From Octopus vulgaris (taxonomy: Eukaryota): a stretch of DNA of 64,000 nt. Shown in pieces: positions 42,301 to 55,868 of the stretch. The stretch covers positions 4,960,001-5,024,000 of the forward strand of contig OX597835.1 in the NCBI GenBank assembly GCA_951406725.2, read 5' to 3'. A program made the translations under genes and the position numbers. The stretch's first letter is position 1. Each line of letters opens with the position of its first letter. The notes beneath the pieces were generated by a model. It had not been told where the DNA came from. It did not search any database and was given only the letters and a program-made list of their open reading frames with translations.

Positions 42301-43542
42301 GTCATGATGGGTATACTGGGCTTCGTATATTTTACCCCAGTGTCACTTTGATGGCATGAACTGCTCTCTCACTCAATAATAATAATACAATGTTGTTAAA
42401 CTTTTGCTGCCTTCATGTGATTTGACTGTATATTTTATTCTGCAGTTTCGCTTACCAATTGGTACAACAGTTTACGTGAAGGTGGGACGAGGTGGACAAA
42501 AGTCCTACATCAATGTTTGGATGAAGGCATCAACAAATGATTTTAACCAAACTGAGGGTCAGTAAATAATCTTCTTTGTATGTATTGCTGTGCATGGGTG
42601 ATTGCGTGTGTTACTGTATGTATGTGTATGTGTCAATAAAAATTGGTGTACATATCTATGTCTCATTATGTATGTGTGTCTCATTTTGTGTATAAATGTA
42701 CATTATTGTGTATACATATGAATGTGTTTCTTACTGTGTTTACATGCCTGAGTGTACGTGTATGAATTCTTCATCTAATATTTTGGAAAAGGGGAAGAAT
42801 TATGGAGAACAAATGGAAAACTTACGGCTATCATATCCTGGCTGTAGATTTTTCATTTGTTTCTATAATCACAGGAGTATAGGGCTACATAACAACAGGT
42901 TTTCATAGAAACCTAGAAATGCTAGGGTTCTGCAAAAAAAAAAAAAAAAACGAGAGAAAAGAACAGACTGGTTTGCATTCTCCAGAGCTGATTGGTCTGA
43001 GTGAAATTTGTGAAACATTCTAGAGATTTTCTATTTGCGGTTTCCGGGCTGAACCAAAGGCACAAAGTAAAATATACATATACAGGAGTGGCTGTATGGT
43101 AAGAAGTTTGCTTCTTAACTACATGGTTCTGGGTTCAGTCCCACCATATGACAGACAGGCGAGTGTCTTCTACTATAATTATGCACCAACCAAAGCCTTG
43201 TGAGAGAATTGGGTAGACAAAAACTGAAAGAAACCCATTGTATGTGTGTGTATATATATATACACACATACATATATATTACTGGTTAAGGCCTGTTTAT
43301 AGGGTTACCCAGGGTTTCTCCCCATAAAGAGTACTTTTATGGCATATCATCAGATCTTAAGACTTGTTACCCTGTATATTATTTGTATTGTTATATGAGT
43401 GAACGCCTCGCATCCTCTTCCAAGAAAGTTTTATTGCTATCTCTCTCTATATATATATATATATATATTAATAGTTATTGCCAAGCTAACATGGCAGTCC
43501 AGAAAAATAGGACGGATGCTGCCATTGATCATATATATATAT

Positions 43543-43608
<66 letters not shown>

Positions 43609-46600
43609 CGTGTGTGTGTGTGTGTGCATGCGTGTATAAATATATATGTTTGTGTGTGTATATATATATGTATATATATATATAAGGCAAATAAGAAAAT
43701 GGAGAGGATAACCAATCAACAAACATCAGCCTGAAAACATTCATTTGGATCTTTTTATTAAGTAATTACAATCCTATGTATAAGTAATCAAAATAAATAA
43801 GCAAATAAGCAAGTAACTACATGAATAAACAATTAAAAATAAATGAATAAGAATAATGCTGGTGTGTTTATGTCCCCGTTACTTAGCGGTTCGGCAAAAG
43901 AGACCGATAGAATAAGTACTGGGCTTACAAAACAATAAGTCCCGGGGTCGAGTTGCTCAATTAAAGGCTGTGCTCCAGCATGGCCGCAGTCAAATGACTG
44001 AAACAAGTAAAAGAGTAAATGAGTGAAAGAATAGTGAACCCTTCCAGCTGTTTCTACTTTTGGGGTGTCTAACTTGCCAAGATTTTTTTTTATGATACCA
44101 GTAATGTACAAGGATTGTACAAAGGTTGAACAAACGTTGGGCAGGGGCTTGGACAATAACTGAGCCCCAAAGCTTCATCAGAGAGACCATAACGTTAGGA
44201 ATCTAACATGTGAGAATGTAAGATGGAAGCACTCCGTCGGTTACGACGACGAGGGTTCCGGTTGATCCGAATCAACAGAACAGCCTGCTCGTGAAATTAA
44301 CGTGTAAGTGGCTGAGCACTCCACAGACACGTGTACCCTTAACGTAGTTCTCGGGGATATTCAGCGTGACACGGAAAGTGACAAGGCCGGCCCTTTGAAA
44401 TACAGGTACAACAGAAACAGGAAGTAAGAGTGAGAGAAAGTTGTGGTGAAAGAGTACAGCAGGGATCACCACCATCCCCTGCCAGAGCCTCGTGGAGCTT
44501 TAGGTGTTTTCGCTCAATAAACACTCACAACGCCCGGTCTGGGAATCGAAACCGCGAGTCCGCTGCCCTAACCACTGGGCCATTGCGCCTCCGCTATGTT
44601 TGATGTAAGATAAAATAGTAAGGAATGGAAATAAGGATGTAACTCTCATAATCTATGGAAATTGTTTCTGGAAGTGACTTTCTTCTCCATAAGATGTAAT
44701 CCCATAACTTATGGATATTACTTTGGAATTGCCTTTTCTGAATTGATTAATGGAGACATTACATCAGTGGTTTTCAACCAGGGTTCCACGGAACCTTAGG
44801 GTTCCGCCAGTACAGTCCATGGGTTCTGCAAGAAGTTACAAAACTGCTAAAATCGGCAGTAATTTTTAATTCTCCTGTGCAGATATGTGTGCATAAGAAT
44901 ATTAAATTATTGCACAGGGGTTCCTCGAGCCAGTGGAATGCTTCCTTGGGGTTCCGCTCCAGCAAAAACTTTGAAAAGCACTGTATTACATCATTAGAAA
45001 AAAAAACTGTTTTCATCAGGTAAATAAATGAACCACAACATTTAGAAGCATTCAAAAATCAACACCTTATGCACCTTCATGATTCTATGAGTCATGCTGA
45101 TCATATACATAACCTGATTATCTTTCTGTCTGTACTTCAGTACCCACCTATGTATTCATCTACCTTTATTGTGTATGTATTTTAATTTTGACCTGACACG
45201 GTGCCTTACCATTTAAGTAATCACTCGAATCCTAATTTTTCATATATATATATATATATATATATAGTTTCGCCATGGGCTCTTAGGAGCATAGTTCGAT
45301 TTGTTTTTGCTCCGCCTCTGTTCTGTTTTTGTTTTTCCAACGGATTTCCTATTTTCTTCCTGAAGAGAAAGACACAATATGGTCCCATTATTCCATCGGA
45401 TTTTGGTAATTTGTGCCTTTCGAAACACGTGTAGAATGAAATAAAACGATTTCTGTTCAATCTGCGTTCAGCTCCATTTCTTCAATTCACCAATAATGTT
45501 CTAATTTCAATTATCCGCACCAACGCACGGTTGCAACACCATATGGTTGTACCTCCAACCGTGCTGTTTTACTGCTGTGATTTTTGCTACTAAGGTATCG
45601 GTTAAACTTTTGATTAATCTACTACAAGATTATTCATCTTTCTATTTCACATAATATATATATATATATATGTGTTTTTTTTTTTATTTTTTTTTTTTCT
45701 AGGACTGTGTGGAACGTTTGATGGAGATGTCCGAAATGATCTTTATTCACCAAATGGAACTTTATTTGATATAAAGGGTAGAAGACCAGATGCATTTTCT
45801 CTCAGCTGGCGGTAGGTAGTACTTATCCTCCTCATCCTCAAGCAGTGTCTGCTCTCCATACTAGCATGGGAAGGGTGGTTTGACCAGACCCAATGGAGGA
45901 CGATGTTATAACCCATTCCTGGTGCCATGTAAATGCATCCATGCTGGTGCTGCATAAAAGTACCCAGTACAATCTGTAAAGTGGTTGGTATTAGGAAGGA
46001 CATCCAGCCATAAAAACCATGCCAAAGCCGACATGGAACCAAGGCAGCTTTTCAACTAGCCAGTTCCCGTCAAATTGTCCAATCCATGCCTGCATGGAAA
46101 ACATGTTAAATGATGATGATGATGACAATGATTATCATCATCATCGTTTAACATCCGTTTTCTATGCTAGCATGGGTTGGACAGTTCAACTGGGGTCTGG
46201 GAAGCCAGGAGGCTGCACCAGGCCCAGTCTGATCTGGCAGTGTTTCTGCAGCTGGATGCCTTTCCTAACACCAACCACTCCAAGAGTGTAGTGGGTGCTT
46301 TTTATGTGCCACTTGCACAGGTACCAGATGAGGCTGGCAAACGGCCATGATTGGATGGTGCTTTTTACGTGCCACCAGCATGGCGGCCATACATACACAC
46401 TCACACACATACACAAACAGACATATATAAACACACACTTATATATAGTTAATGTAATCCCTGATATTAAAAAATTTCAAAAGCTGATGTCCATATCTGA
46501 AACAGCTTCAATCATAGATCTTTTGGTTAAGGTTGCTCTTATATTAAACAACAACAAGTGGAACTGTGATGCTCACAAATTAAATAGTTTGCAAGCATGG

Positions 46601-47667
46601 CTGTTTTTGTTAAGAAGTTTGTTTCTCAGTTATGCGATTTCAGGTTCAGCCCCACTTCATGATACTCTGGACAAATGCCTTCTATTACAGTTCCAGGTTA
46701 ACTGAAATCCTGCAAATGGATTTAGGAGACATGACCTGAAAGAAGCCCATCATATACATTCATATATGTCTATGTATGTGTAGATTGCTTGCCACTACAC
46801 ATTCTTATTTTCTCTCATTGTTTTTTGCTGTGTTCCTTTCTGTGGAAGAGCGTAGGCTCAAAATGTTAAAGACTTTGTCACTGCCCGAGCATTATACTAA
46901 TACATCTGTTTGTTGTCTACACCACCTGTCTTTTTCTTTTGATTTTTTGTGAATTCTCCGCCCTATATATATATATATATATATACATATATATATCCTG
47001 TAAAAAGCACCCACTACACTCTCGGAGTGGTTGGCGTTAGGAAGGGCATCCAGCCATAGAAACTCTGCCAGATCAAGATTGGAGCCTAGTGCAGCCCTCA
47101 GTCAAAATCGTCCAACCCATGCTAGCATGGAAAGCAGGCGTTAAACGATGATGATGATTATCCTTGTGCTTGTAAAAGCTCCTATGCTACTTGTTGTTGG
47201 CTACCACTTATTAATCCCATCTTTCCAAGTTGGGGTTGTTATCCAATGTGCCCATACAACATATGATAAGTGTATTAATAACAAGAAATTTTCATATTTC
47301 ACTAATGCATTGCTATGCATTTCTATATGATGTGTATTTGTCTGCAACTATATTCTCACATCCGTAGCATACCAAACCAACATGTGTCATGCAGAAACAT
47401 ACATAGCAATGGCGTCGGTGGTGTAACGGTTAGCATGGTTGCCTTCCAAGCAGTCGATCCGGGTTCGACTCCCGGCCGACGCATCCTTTCTTTATAGGCG
47501 CAGGAGTGGCTGTGTGGTAAGTAGTTTGCTTACCAACCACATGGTTTCGGGTTCAGTCCCACTGCATGGCACCTTGGGCAAGTGTCTTCTACTATAGCCT
47601 CGGGCCGACCAAAGCCTTGTGAGTGGATTTGGTAGATGGAAACTGAAAGAAACCTGTCGTATATATG

Positions 47668-47698
<31 letters not shown>

Positions 47699-49338
47699 AT
47701 GTTTGTGTATCTGTGTTTGTCCCCCCCCCCCAACATCGCTTGTCAACCGATGCTGGTGTGTTTACGTCCCCGTAACTTAGCGGTTCGGCAAAAGAGACCG
47801 ATAGAGCAAGTACTAGGCTTACAAAGAATAAGTCCTGGGGTCGATTTGCTCGACTAAAGGTGTTGCTCCAGCATGGCCGCAGTCAAATGACTGAAATAAG
47901 CAAAAAAAAAAAGAGGAATTCATCAAATATAAAAATTCCCATTTCCCAAATTTCTCATTAATGCATATATTTATGTATGCATTAATCACCCACTACACTC
48001 TCGGAGTGGCTGGCGTTAGGAAGAGCATCCAGCTGTAGAAACTCTGCCAGATCAGACTGGAGCCTGGTGCAGCCATCTGGTTCACCAGTCCTCAGTCAAA
48101 TCGTCCAACCCATGCTAGCATGGAAAGCGGATATTAAGCGATGATGATAATGATGATGATATACTCCTAATATAAGGATAAAATTTTTAAAAAAAAATCT
48201 AATCAGTGGCCAGCATATTAAAATACCTTTTAAGGTGAAAATTATAAACAACCTTATTTATAATTATATATATATATATATATATATAGGTGCTGGATAT
48301 TTACTTCTATACTTCTCTAATTCTCTTGAGCTTCAATCAGTGATGTTGTCATTTCATCATCATCATCATCATCATCATCGTTTAACGTCCGCTTTCCATG
48401 CTAGCATGGGTTGGATGGTTCAACTGGGGTCTGGCAAGCCTGAAGGCTGCACCAGGCCAGTCAGATCTGGCAGTGTTTCTACAGCTGGATGCCCTTCCTA
48501 ATGCCAACCACTCCGAGAGTGTAGTGGGTGATTTTATGTGCCACCGACGCAGGTGCCAGACGAGGCTGGCAGACGGCCACGCTCGGATGGTGTTTTTTAT
48601 GTGCCACCGACGCAGGTGCCAGACGAGGCTGGCAGATGGCCACGCTCGGATGGTGTTTTTTATGTGCCACCGACGCAGGTGCCAGACGAGGCTGGCAGAC
48701 GGCCACGCTCGGATGGTGTTTTTTATGTGCCACCGACGCAGGTACCAGACGAGGCTGGCAGACGGCCACGCTCGGATGGTGTTTTTTATGTGCCACCGAC
48801 GCAGGTGCCAGACGAGGCTGGCAGACGGCCACGCTCGGATGGTGTTTTTTATGTGCCACCGACGCAGGTGCCAGACGAGGCTGGCAGACGGCCACGCTCG
48901 GATGGTGTTTTTTATGTGCCACCGACACAGGTGCCAGATGAGGCTGGCAGACGGCCACGCTCGGATGGTGTTTTTTATGTGCCACCGACACAGGTGCCAG
49001 ACGAGGCTGTAAATAAATCATCTCCTGCTTTTGTTCTTTCAAAAATAAATGACAGGAGATATCTCTTACTTGGGAAGCATTTAAATGTTAGTAACAGGAA
49101 GGGCAGGTGTCTACAGGAACAATGCCACTGTGATATGTTCATCTAACCCATGCTGGCAGGAAAAAAACAGACATAAATACAAATGAGTGAATGATTGAAT
49201 TGTATTATATTGACCACTGTGTTATCTTTTATTCACTACAATTACCACCACCACCACCACCACCACCACCACCACCACCACCACCACCACCTTTACCATA
49301 ACTACTACTACTACTACTACTGCTACTGCTGCTGCTGT

Positions 49339-49397
<59 letters not shown>

Positions 49398-49418
49398 ATG
49401 TTGCTGTTACTACTACTA

Positions 49419-49457
<39 letters not shown>

Positions 49458-49458
49458 T

Positions 49459-49512
<54 letters not shown>

Positions 49513-51085
49513 CACTACTACTACTAACATAGCCACAATAATAATGAAAACAACCATCATAACCACCACCACTACTGCAACTATAACAACGTTTTGTATT
49601 ACAGTGTTATGGAAAAGAACAGTATCTACCGTGGAATTTGTTCCGATGACCGAGCTATTGTGGAACCTATGGTTTTCTGTAAATGTGAGAGTGGCAAGCT
49701 CCCAGCAGTCTGTGACAATCATCTGGATGCCGTTTATTGTCCGGTAGCAGGAAGCACCAAGAAACTCTCAGATGGTATACATACACATATTTATTTACGC
49801 TTTTTTTAAAATTTTGTTTTTGTTATTAATATTTTCGGTCATTGGACTGTGACCATGCTGGGGCACTACCTGTAAAGGTATTAGTCAATCACTAGCAGTA
49901 TCGCCCGGCGTTGCTCGGGTTTGTAAGGGAAATAATTATATAAGCATTTTTAGAGAGTTACTTCCCTTATAGATGCCAATTCGGGCTTTTTTAGCCATTT
50001 CTGTTTTGGTGTCTTCAAGCCATGAAGTCGTTCTAAAAGAACGCTCGTCTCCTTGACAACGCTTTACGACGTTGATTTCCTTACACTCCCTTCCCCACAG
50101 CTTCACGAGGGAGGGAAGAAGGGGGAGAAGCAACACAGGTGCAGGTGCGACCGTGGACGCCAACTCCGCCGCCATCGACACACGAAAAATTATGCATTAA
50201 AATGGAATAAAAAATGATTTTAAATTATTTTTAAAATCGTAGACTCATCGTAGACGCGCGCTAATACTCAGAAGGGCTCGATATGAATCACGACTATAAG
50301 ATACCCGAATTTGGTTAAACTGCACCGCAAAATGTGGGAGTAGTTAGGAATCTAAATCGAAGGGGACAGACACTCACAGAACTACAGTTTTATATATATC
50401 GATATAAACTGTAGCTGAGTTAAGTGGGCTGGAGATAGTTTTAGTTTTTTGCATTTATATTCATTTAAAAGATATTACTGCAAATTAATCTTACTTGAAT
50501 TTATTTGAATTATTTACAGGTAAAGACATAACTGAACAGATAGTGGAAAAATTTAGTTTTCTGCCAGCCTGTAAATCTAATATCAAAGAGTCATTTGACT
50601 ATAATAAGACCTATACACCCAAGGTAAGTTCATAAGCAATCAGCATTTAACTATACTTTTATCAGCTATTTGATTCATCTGTAATTATCACCCATTCATT
50701 TTGAATAGTTGTTTACATCAAAATGGCATTTTGTCTCTTGTCTTCAATAACCCTTTCTACTGGGGATACATGGGCACCAAATTTAGTGGGAGGGGACGAG
50801 TCAATTACATCGACCCCAGTACACATGATCAGAGATGCACATATCGTCAGCCACTAAGGGATACAGTCAACTGGTTAAGGTCAAACAACTGACAAGCAAA
50901 TCTGTGGTATTGAGCAGAATATTTGCTGTAGCCCATCTTTTATAACCAAGACAAAACAATGTACATGATAACACTTCCAATCAGCTAAGATCAGAAGCCA
51001 TGAGAGCCACAATCTGGTACTGCGTCAGGGCATTGATGCTCCCCCACTACTCCTGCTCATGATTAAAGATGCACATATCGTCGTC

Positions 51086-51129
<44 letters not shown>

Positions 51130-51195
51130 CCCCGGTCGAACCGTCCAACCCATGCTAGCATGGAGAACGGACGTTAAACGATGATGATGATGATG

Positions 51196-51231
<36 letters not shown>

Positions 51232-54200
51232 ATTATTATCATCATCATTAAGAAGGTAGTGAGCTGGCAGAATCATCAATGTGCTGAGCAAAATGCTTAA
51301 AAGTATTTTGTCCATCTTTACATTCTGAGCTGAAATTCCACCAAGATTGAATTTGTCTTTCATGATTTTGGAGCAAATAAAGCTGAGTGCTGTGGTCAGT
51401 GTAATTGACTTTCCCCAACTCCCGAACTTGCTGGCCTTGTGCCAAAATTTGAAACCATTATTATCATTATTATTAGTACTATCATGTCACTGAAGTTTCG
51501 GGTTCTGGATTCCCTTTTACTTTTACTGGCTCATGAAATTTTTTAAATTTCAGGGAGCCCTCCCTAGCTGTAGTTAAATCTCATAGAGTAGAAAGAAATT
51601 CATATTTCTTTTGTTAGAATATAAAGAAGAGATTGCAAGTGGCAGGTGTCAATTATCTTCTGTTATCGAAGAATAAAAGTATGTAACTTGCTTTAGATAC
51701 TATAACTTACTCAAATACTTTCCAAACAGCAACCATATTAAGCTGTTGGATTTGTTATATCAGCTGTACCCAAATCCTTCATCTCAAAGAACCTGATAAT
51801 GTCATGGATACTGTCTCTTCCTCCTTGCACCTATTTTTTCTCAATACTAGTCTCTAGTTGTTTTCAACCATTATTTAATAAATTGTTGTATTATAATTGA
51901 TTGAAGGTGTACAAATGGGAAGCTGGAAGAAAATGGAATAAAGAAAAGGCATTCGACTTCTGTTCCCAGCAAATGATTAAAATCAGAAAGACATGTGATA
52001 ATCAACCTGGAGTGAATATAGCTGAGAGTATTGAAAATTGTGTTGAAGACATCAAAGTAAGTAAAAAGTAAAAAAATGTAAATATTCTTATTTTTCAGAT
52101 TTCAACAAATTTCTCACTCTTTTCTCATTATCCAAACTGTGTGTAACTCCTGCAGGACCTTACTAAAAATTATTCTCAGTTCTTTCTTTGCCAGATGTTG
52201 CTCCCCTAGAATTCCATCCCTGCAAATGTCTTTCCTGCAGTTGTTGATTTGCAACAGTTTACACAGAACATTAATAGCATCAATGTCTGATCTTAGAGGG
52301 TTTTCAGACACCAAAAACATTATTCCTTTCTCCCAGACCTAGCTAGTATGAAAACAAAAAAAAAATTATTCTACTACCTTATTTTCAACAGATGCTATTG
52401 TTCCAGCATCATTGTTTCCAAAACAAACTCTTGCCAAAATTCTTGCTTTTGAGAAATGCTTCCATTTCCCTTTAGCTATTCTTGTGTGTGTGTGCATACA
52501 TGCATGTGTGCGTGCATGTGTGTGTGTGTGATATTCTGTTATCCTGTTACAAATATCTGTCATCAAACTGTTACCATACTCAGACAATAAGATAACTCTT
52601 TTAACCTTAAAGAATCCCACTGCACAAAAAATAGGGGTGTCTTAAACATCACATTCACAAGAGAAGTATTAAATCCTGTGTTAAGTTGTTAGCTTGGATA
52701 ATAGTTGTTGCTTGCCTGAGTCCTACTTTGGAAACTACTGCTGCATCTTATATTTATTTATTTAATGAATTTAAGTGTCTATATAATATCAGAATACCAT
52801 GACAGACTAGAAAACGGTATCCAATACCATATAGTGTATAGTAATATAGTGTATTTTCTGACATACAAGTCAACTTAGTATATAGTGTAAACATCGTCAC
52901 TATCTTTCCAAATTCTGATGCATTTCATATGAAATTTTTGCTACTCTAAAGTTGTCTTGGCATGTATCTACCATTTCTTGCGGTAAATTTTGGTCTGAAA
53001 ATTTTGACCTGCATGCCAGAAAACATGGTAGAAAAAGAAGAGAAGTAAAAACAAGCAAGAAAATTGCAGCAAAGCTGCATGGTAGTGGTGTTAGATGTGG
53101 GATTCAGACCATCATATAACTTGTTTTATTTTTCTCTTCCCTTTTATTTTGACATGCACATTGCATTTTCATTCTTCTCTTCCATTTATGGATTCAATGT
53201 ACACATACACATTGCATGTTCATACTTCTCTTTCTAGTCCCTATTCAAAACCGTTTACAGATCACAACCATCTCATGAACTTACGTTCGTGAGAAGCTCT
53301 TCATGCTCCAATGGTTGTGTAAAAAACTGCTCAGTCATGTGATCTACTGACACATATGACTTATCAACTTGAATTAGAATTTATTGAACCCAAATACCAC
53401 CAGCTATTTGTGTCTGATGCTCTACCAGTTCTTCTGTCTACCACCCATTTTATAACTTATTTAGATCTTTTAGATGATTGTTTTGATTCTTTCACAGTAT
53501 TTTGCTGAAATTCCTTCCTCATCTTTGAAAAGTCCCCTTTATTTCTTGCAGATTACAGATGATTCTAGTTGGGTGCTTGATGCCTTGGACAATGTCATCA
53601 TGCAGTGCACACAGCATTATCTTCGAAATGTAACCCAATGGGAAACTGTAGATGGTAAAATGACTGTAAAAGAACTTACATTCTGTATCAACGAATGCAG
53701 TAACAAAGGGAGGTGTATTGCTGGTAAGTTATGTATAGTGCACACATACACACATACACATATACATGTATACCTTTTACTTGTTTCAGTTATCAGACCG
53801 TGGCCATGCTGGGGCACCACCTTGAAGAACTTTTAGTCAAATGAATTGTTCATTGTTGGTGTTACAAAGAGTTTTGTTAGTCCCTCGCTCAACTGTGCCC
53901 CGCACATGATAACCAAGACAGTTGCAGTCTGGGGAGTTAGGTGGTCTGATCGTAGGGGAGATGTGTAGAAACTGGGTAGGGTTGAGGAGTGTCCAATGAT
54001 ACATATCAGTTTTTTTTGGAGTAGAGGAATGTTGCAGAGAGGAGACTGTGCAGAAAAGTGGTGGGATGAGGAGTAACAGAGTAGTAATGATGGTACCATA
54101 TACAGGGGAAGGATGGAAAAAAGAGAGAGAAAGAGGGTTGGGGAGGTTGTAAAAAGTGTGATGAGATAATGTAATGAATGGTGGTGGGGTTGAGAGAATT

Positions 54201-54978
54201 TGTTAGCTCAGGAGTAGTGAATAGAGTACCTGTTTTGGCTGATTTTCATGAATATGATGAATCCTTATTAGAAATCATCTTTTCTCTCTTTTTGGATCCC
54301 CTCAAAAGTTTGAATTGTTCTTTTTGAACTTACCTTTTCTCCTACGGTTAGGGCAGCGGACTCGCGATCATAGGATCGCAGTTTTGATTCTCCCAGACTG
54401 GGTGTTGTAAGTGTTTATTGAGCAAAAACACCTAAAAGCTCCATGAGGCTCTGGCAGGGGGTGGTGGCGATCCCTGCTGTACTCTTTCCCTCCAACTTTC
54501 TCTCATTCTTTCTTCTGTTGGCCTGTTAGAAACGCATTCAGTTCGTTGCCAAGGTGTGAGGTAACTGGAAGCTTTTATAGAAGAACAGATACATCTGTGT
54601 AAATGATGGTAGCCTTTATGAGGACTGATAGGAATGAAATTATTTGGTCTGTCCCCACATTTTCTCCCAGAATATTTTCTGTTAATATGTAACCTAAAGC
54701 CTTTGTTGATGCCTATTATTTTTTTCTCTTCACTATAATTTTAAATTCTTTTTTAAAACCTTTTTTACCTATAATCCTATACTTCATTATATTATTACTA
54801 TGTTTGTGCATTCATATATTTATACGTCCATAAATATTTTAAATATTCATATATTTTTATATGTATTTTTAATATATCAATATATGTTTTTTGGACAATT
54901 TTTATATTAATTAAATCCATATACATACGTGCTTATTGTAGTTTACCTGATTTGAGCTTTCTCCATTCCATTTATTGT

Positions 54979-55016
<38 letters not shown>

Positions 55017-55824
55017 TATCAGTAATAATGAAGGGTAAGATTAATCAATTAATTAATAATTAATAATTTTACCAAGTAGTTCGGTATGCTAAAAGAACCA
55101 TTATCGGTAAAATTCTATAATTATGAGTATAATTATTATTAGGGTTCAGCAAAATTTGCTTCACCACATACCAAAATTTAGAAATAGCAGTTAAACTACT
55201 ATTTTACTACCATAAGAAAATCTTCCGGACAGCAATACTCAACAACCCAAGCAGGTAAAGGGAAAAAAAAAAAATGAATCTATGGTATGTGGTGAAGCAA
55301 ATTTTGCTGAACCCTAATTATGATTATACTCATAATTATAGAATTTATATATATATATATATATATATAGGAATACAAAATAGGAATACAAAATACACAA
55401 TGGCTGACTGTTAGTAAGGAGATACACACAAATAAGAAAGAAGAAAGCAAAGGACCACTGATGAGGTCACAGAAGTGTGACGAAAGAATCCTGGCCAAAA
55501 TAAGATTAAGATTAATATAAAAAATAAATAATGCTGAAGCAAAGTAACACCAAATATATAGTGCGTGTGTTTTTACTGGCTAAACTGGCAAAATGACCAT
55601 TCCTAAATACAACAATATATACATATATATAACGGGAAGCTTTATGAAAATAGACAAAAGACGAAGGCAGGTTTATGGAAATAAACAAAGATGAAGGCAG
55701 GTGGAATACAAACAAACAATTGTATTAGTATGGCGCTCAGGAAATGTAAATAAAAACAAGTCTTTAACGTTTCGAGCCTACGCTCTTCAACAGAAAGATA
55801 CACAGAGAAAAAACACAGAAAGAA

Positions 55825-55868
<44 letters not shown>

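Noticed and set aside
48398-49146. Overlapping 137-204-aa repeat ORFs, or a CRISPR-like array
   Set aside because: Identical 63-bp tandem units with no unique spacers and no cas genes; ORFs arise because the unit is a stop-free multiple of three inside a retroposon.
49222-49722. 166-aa poly-Val/Ala ORF on the minus strand
   Set aside because: Trinucleotide microsatellite plus antisense of exon 24.
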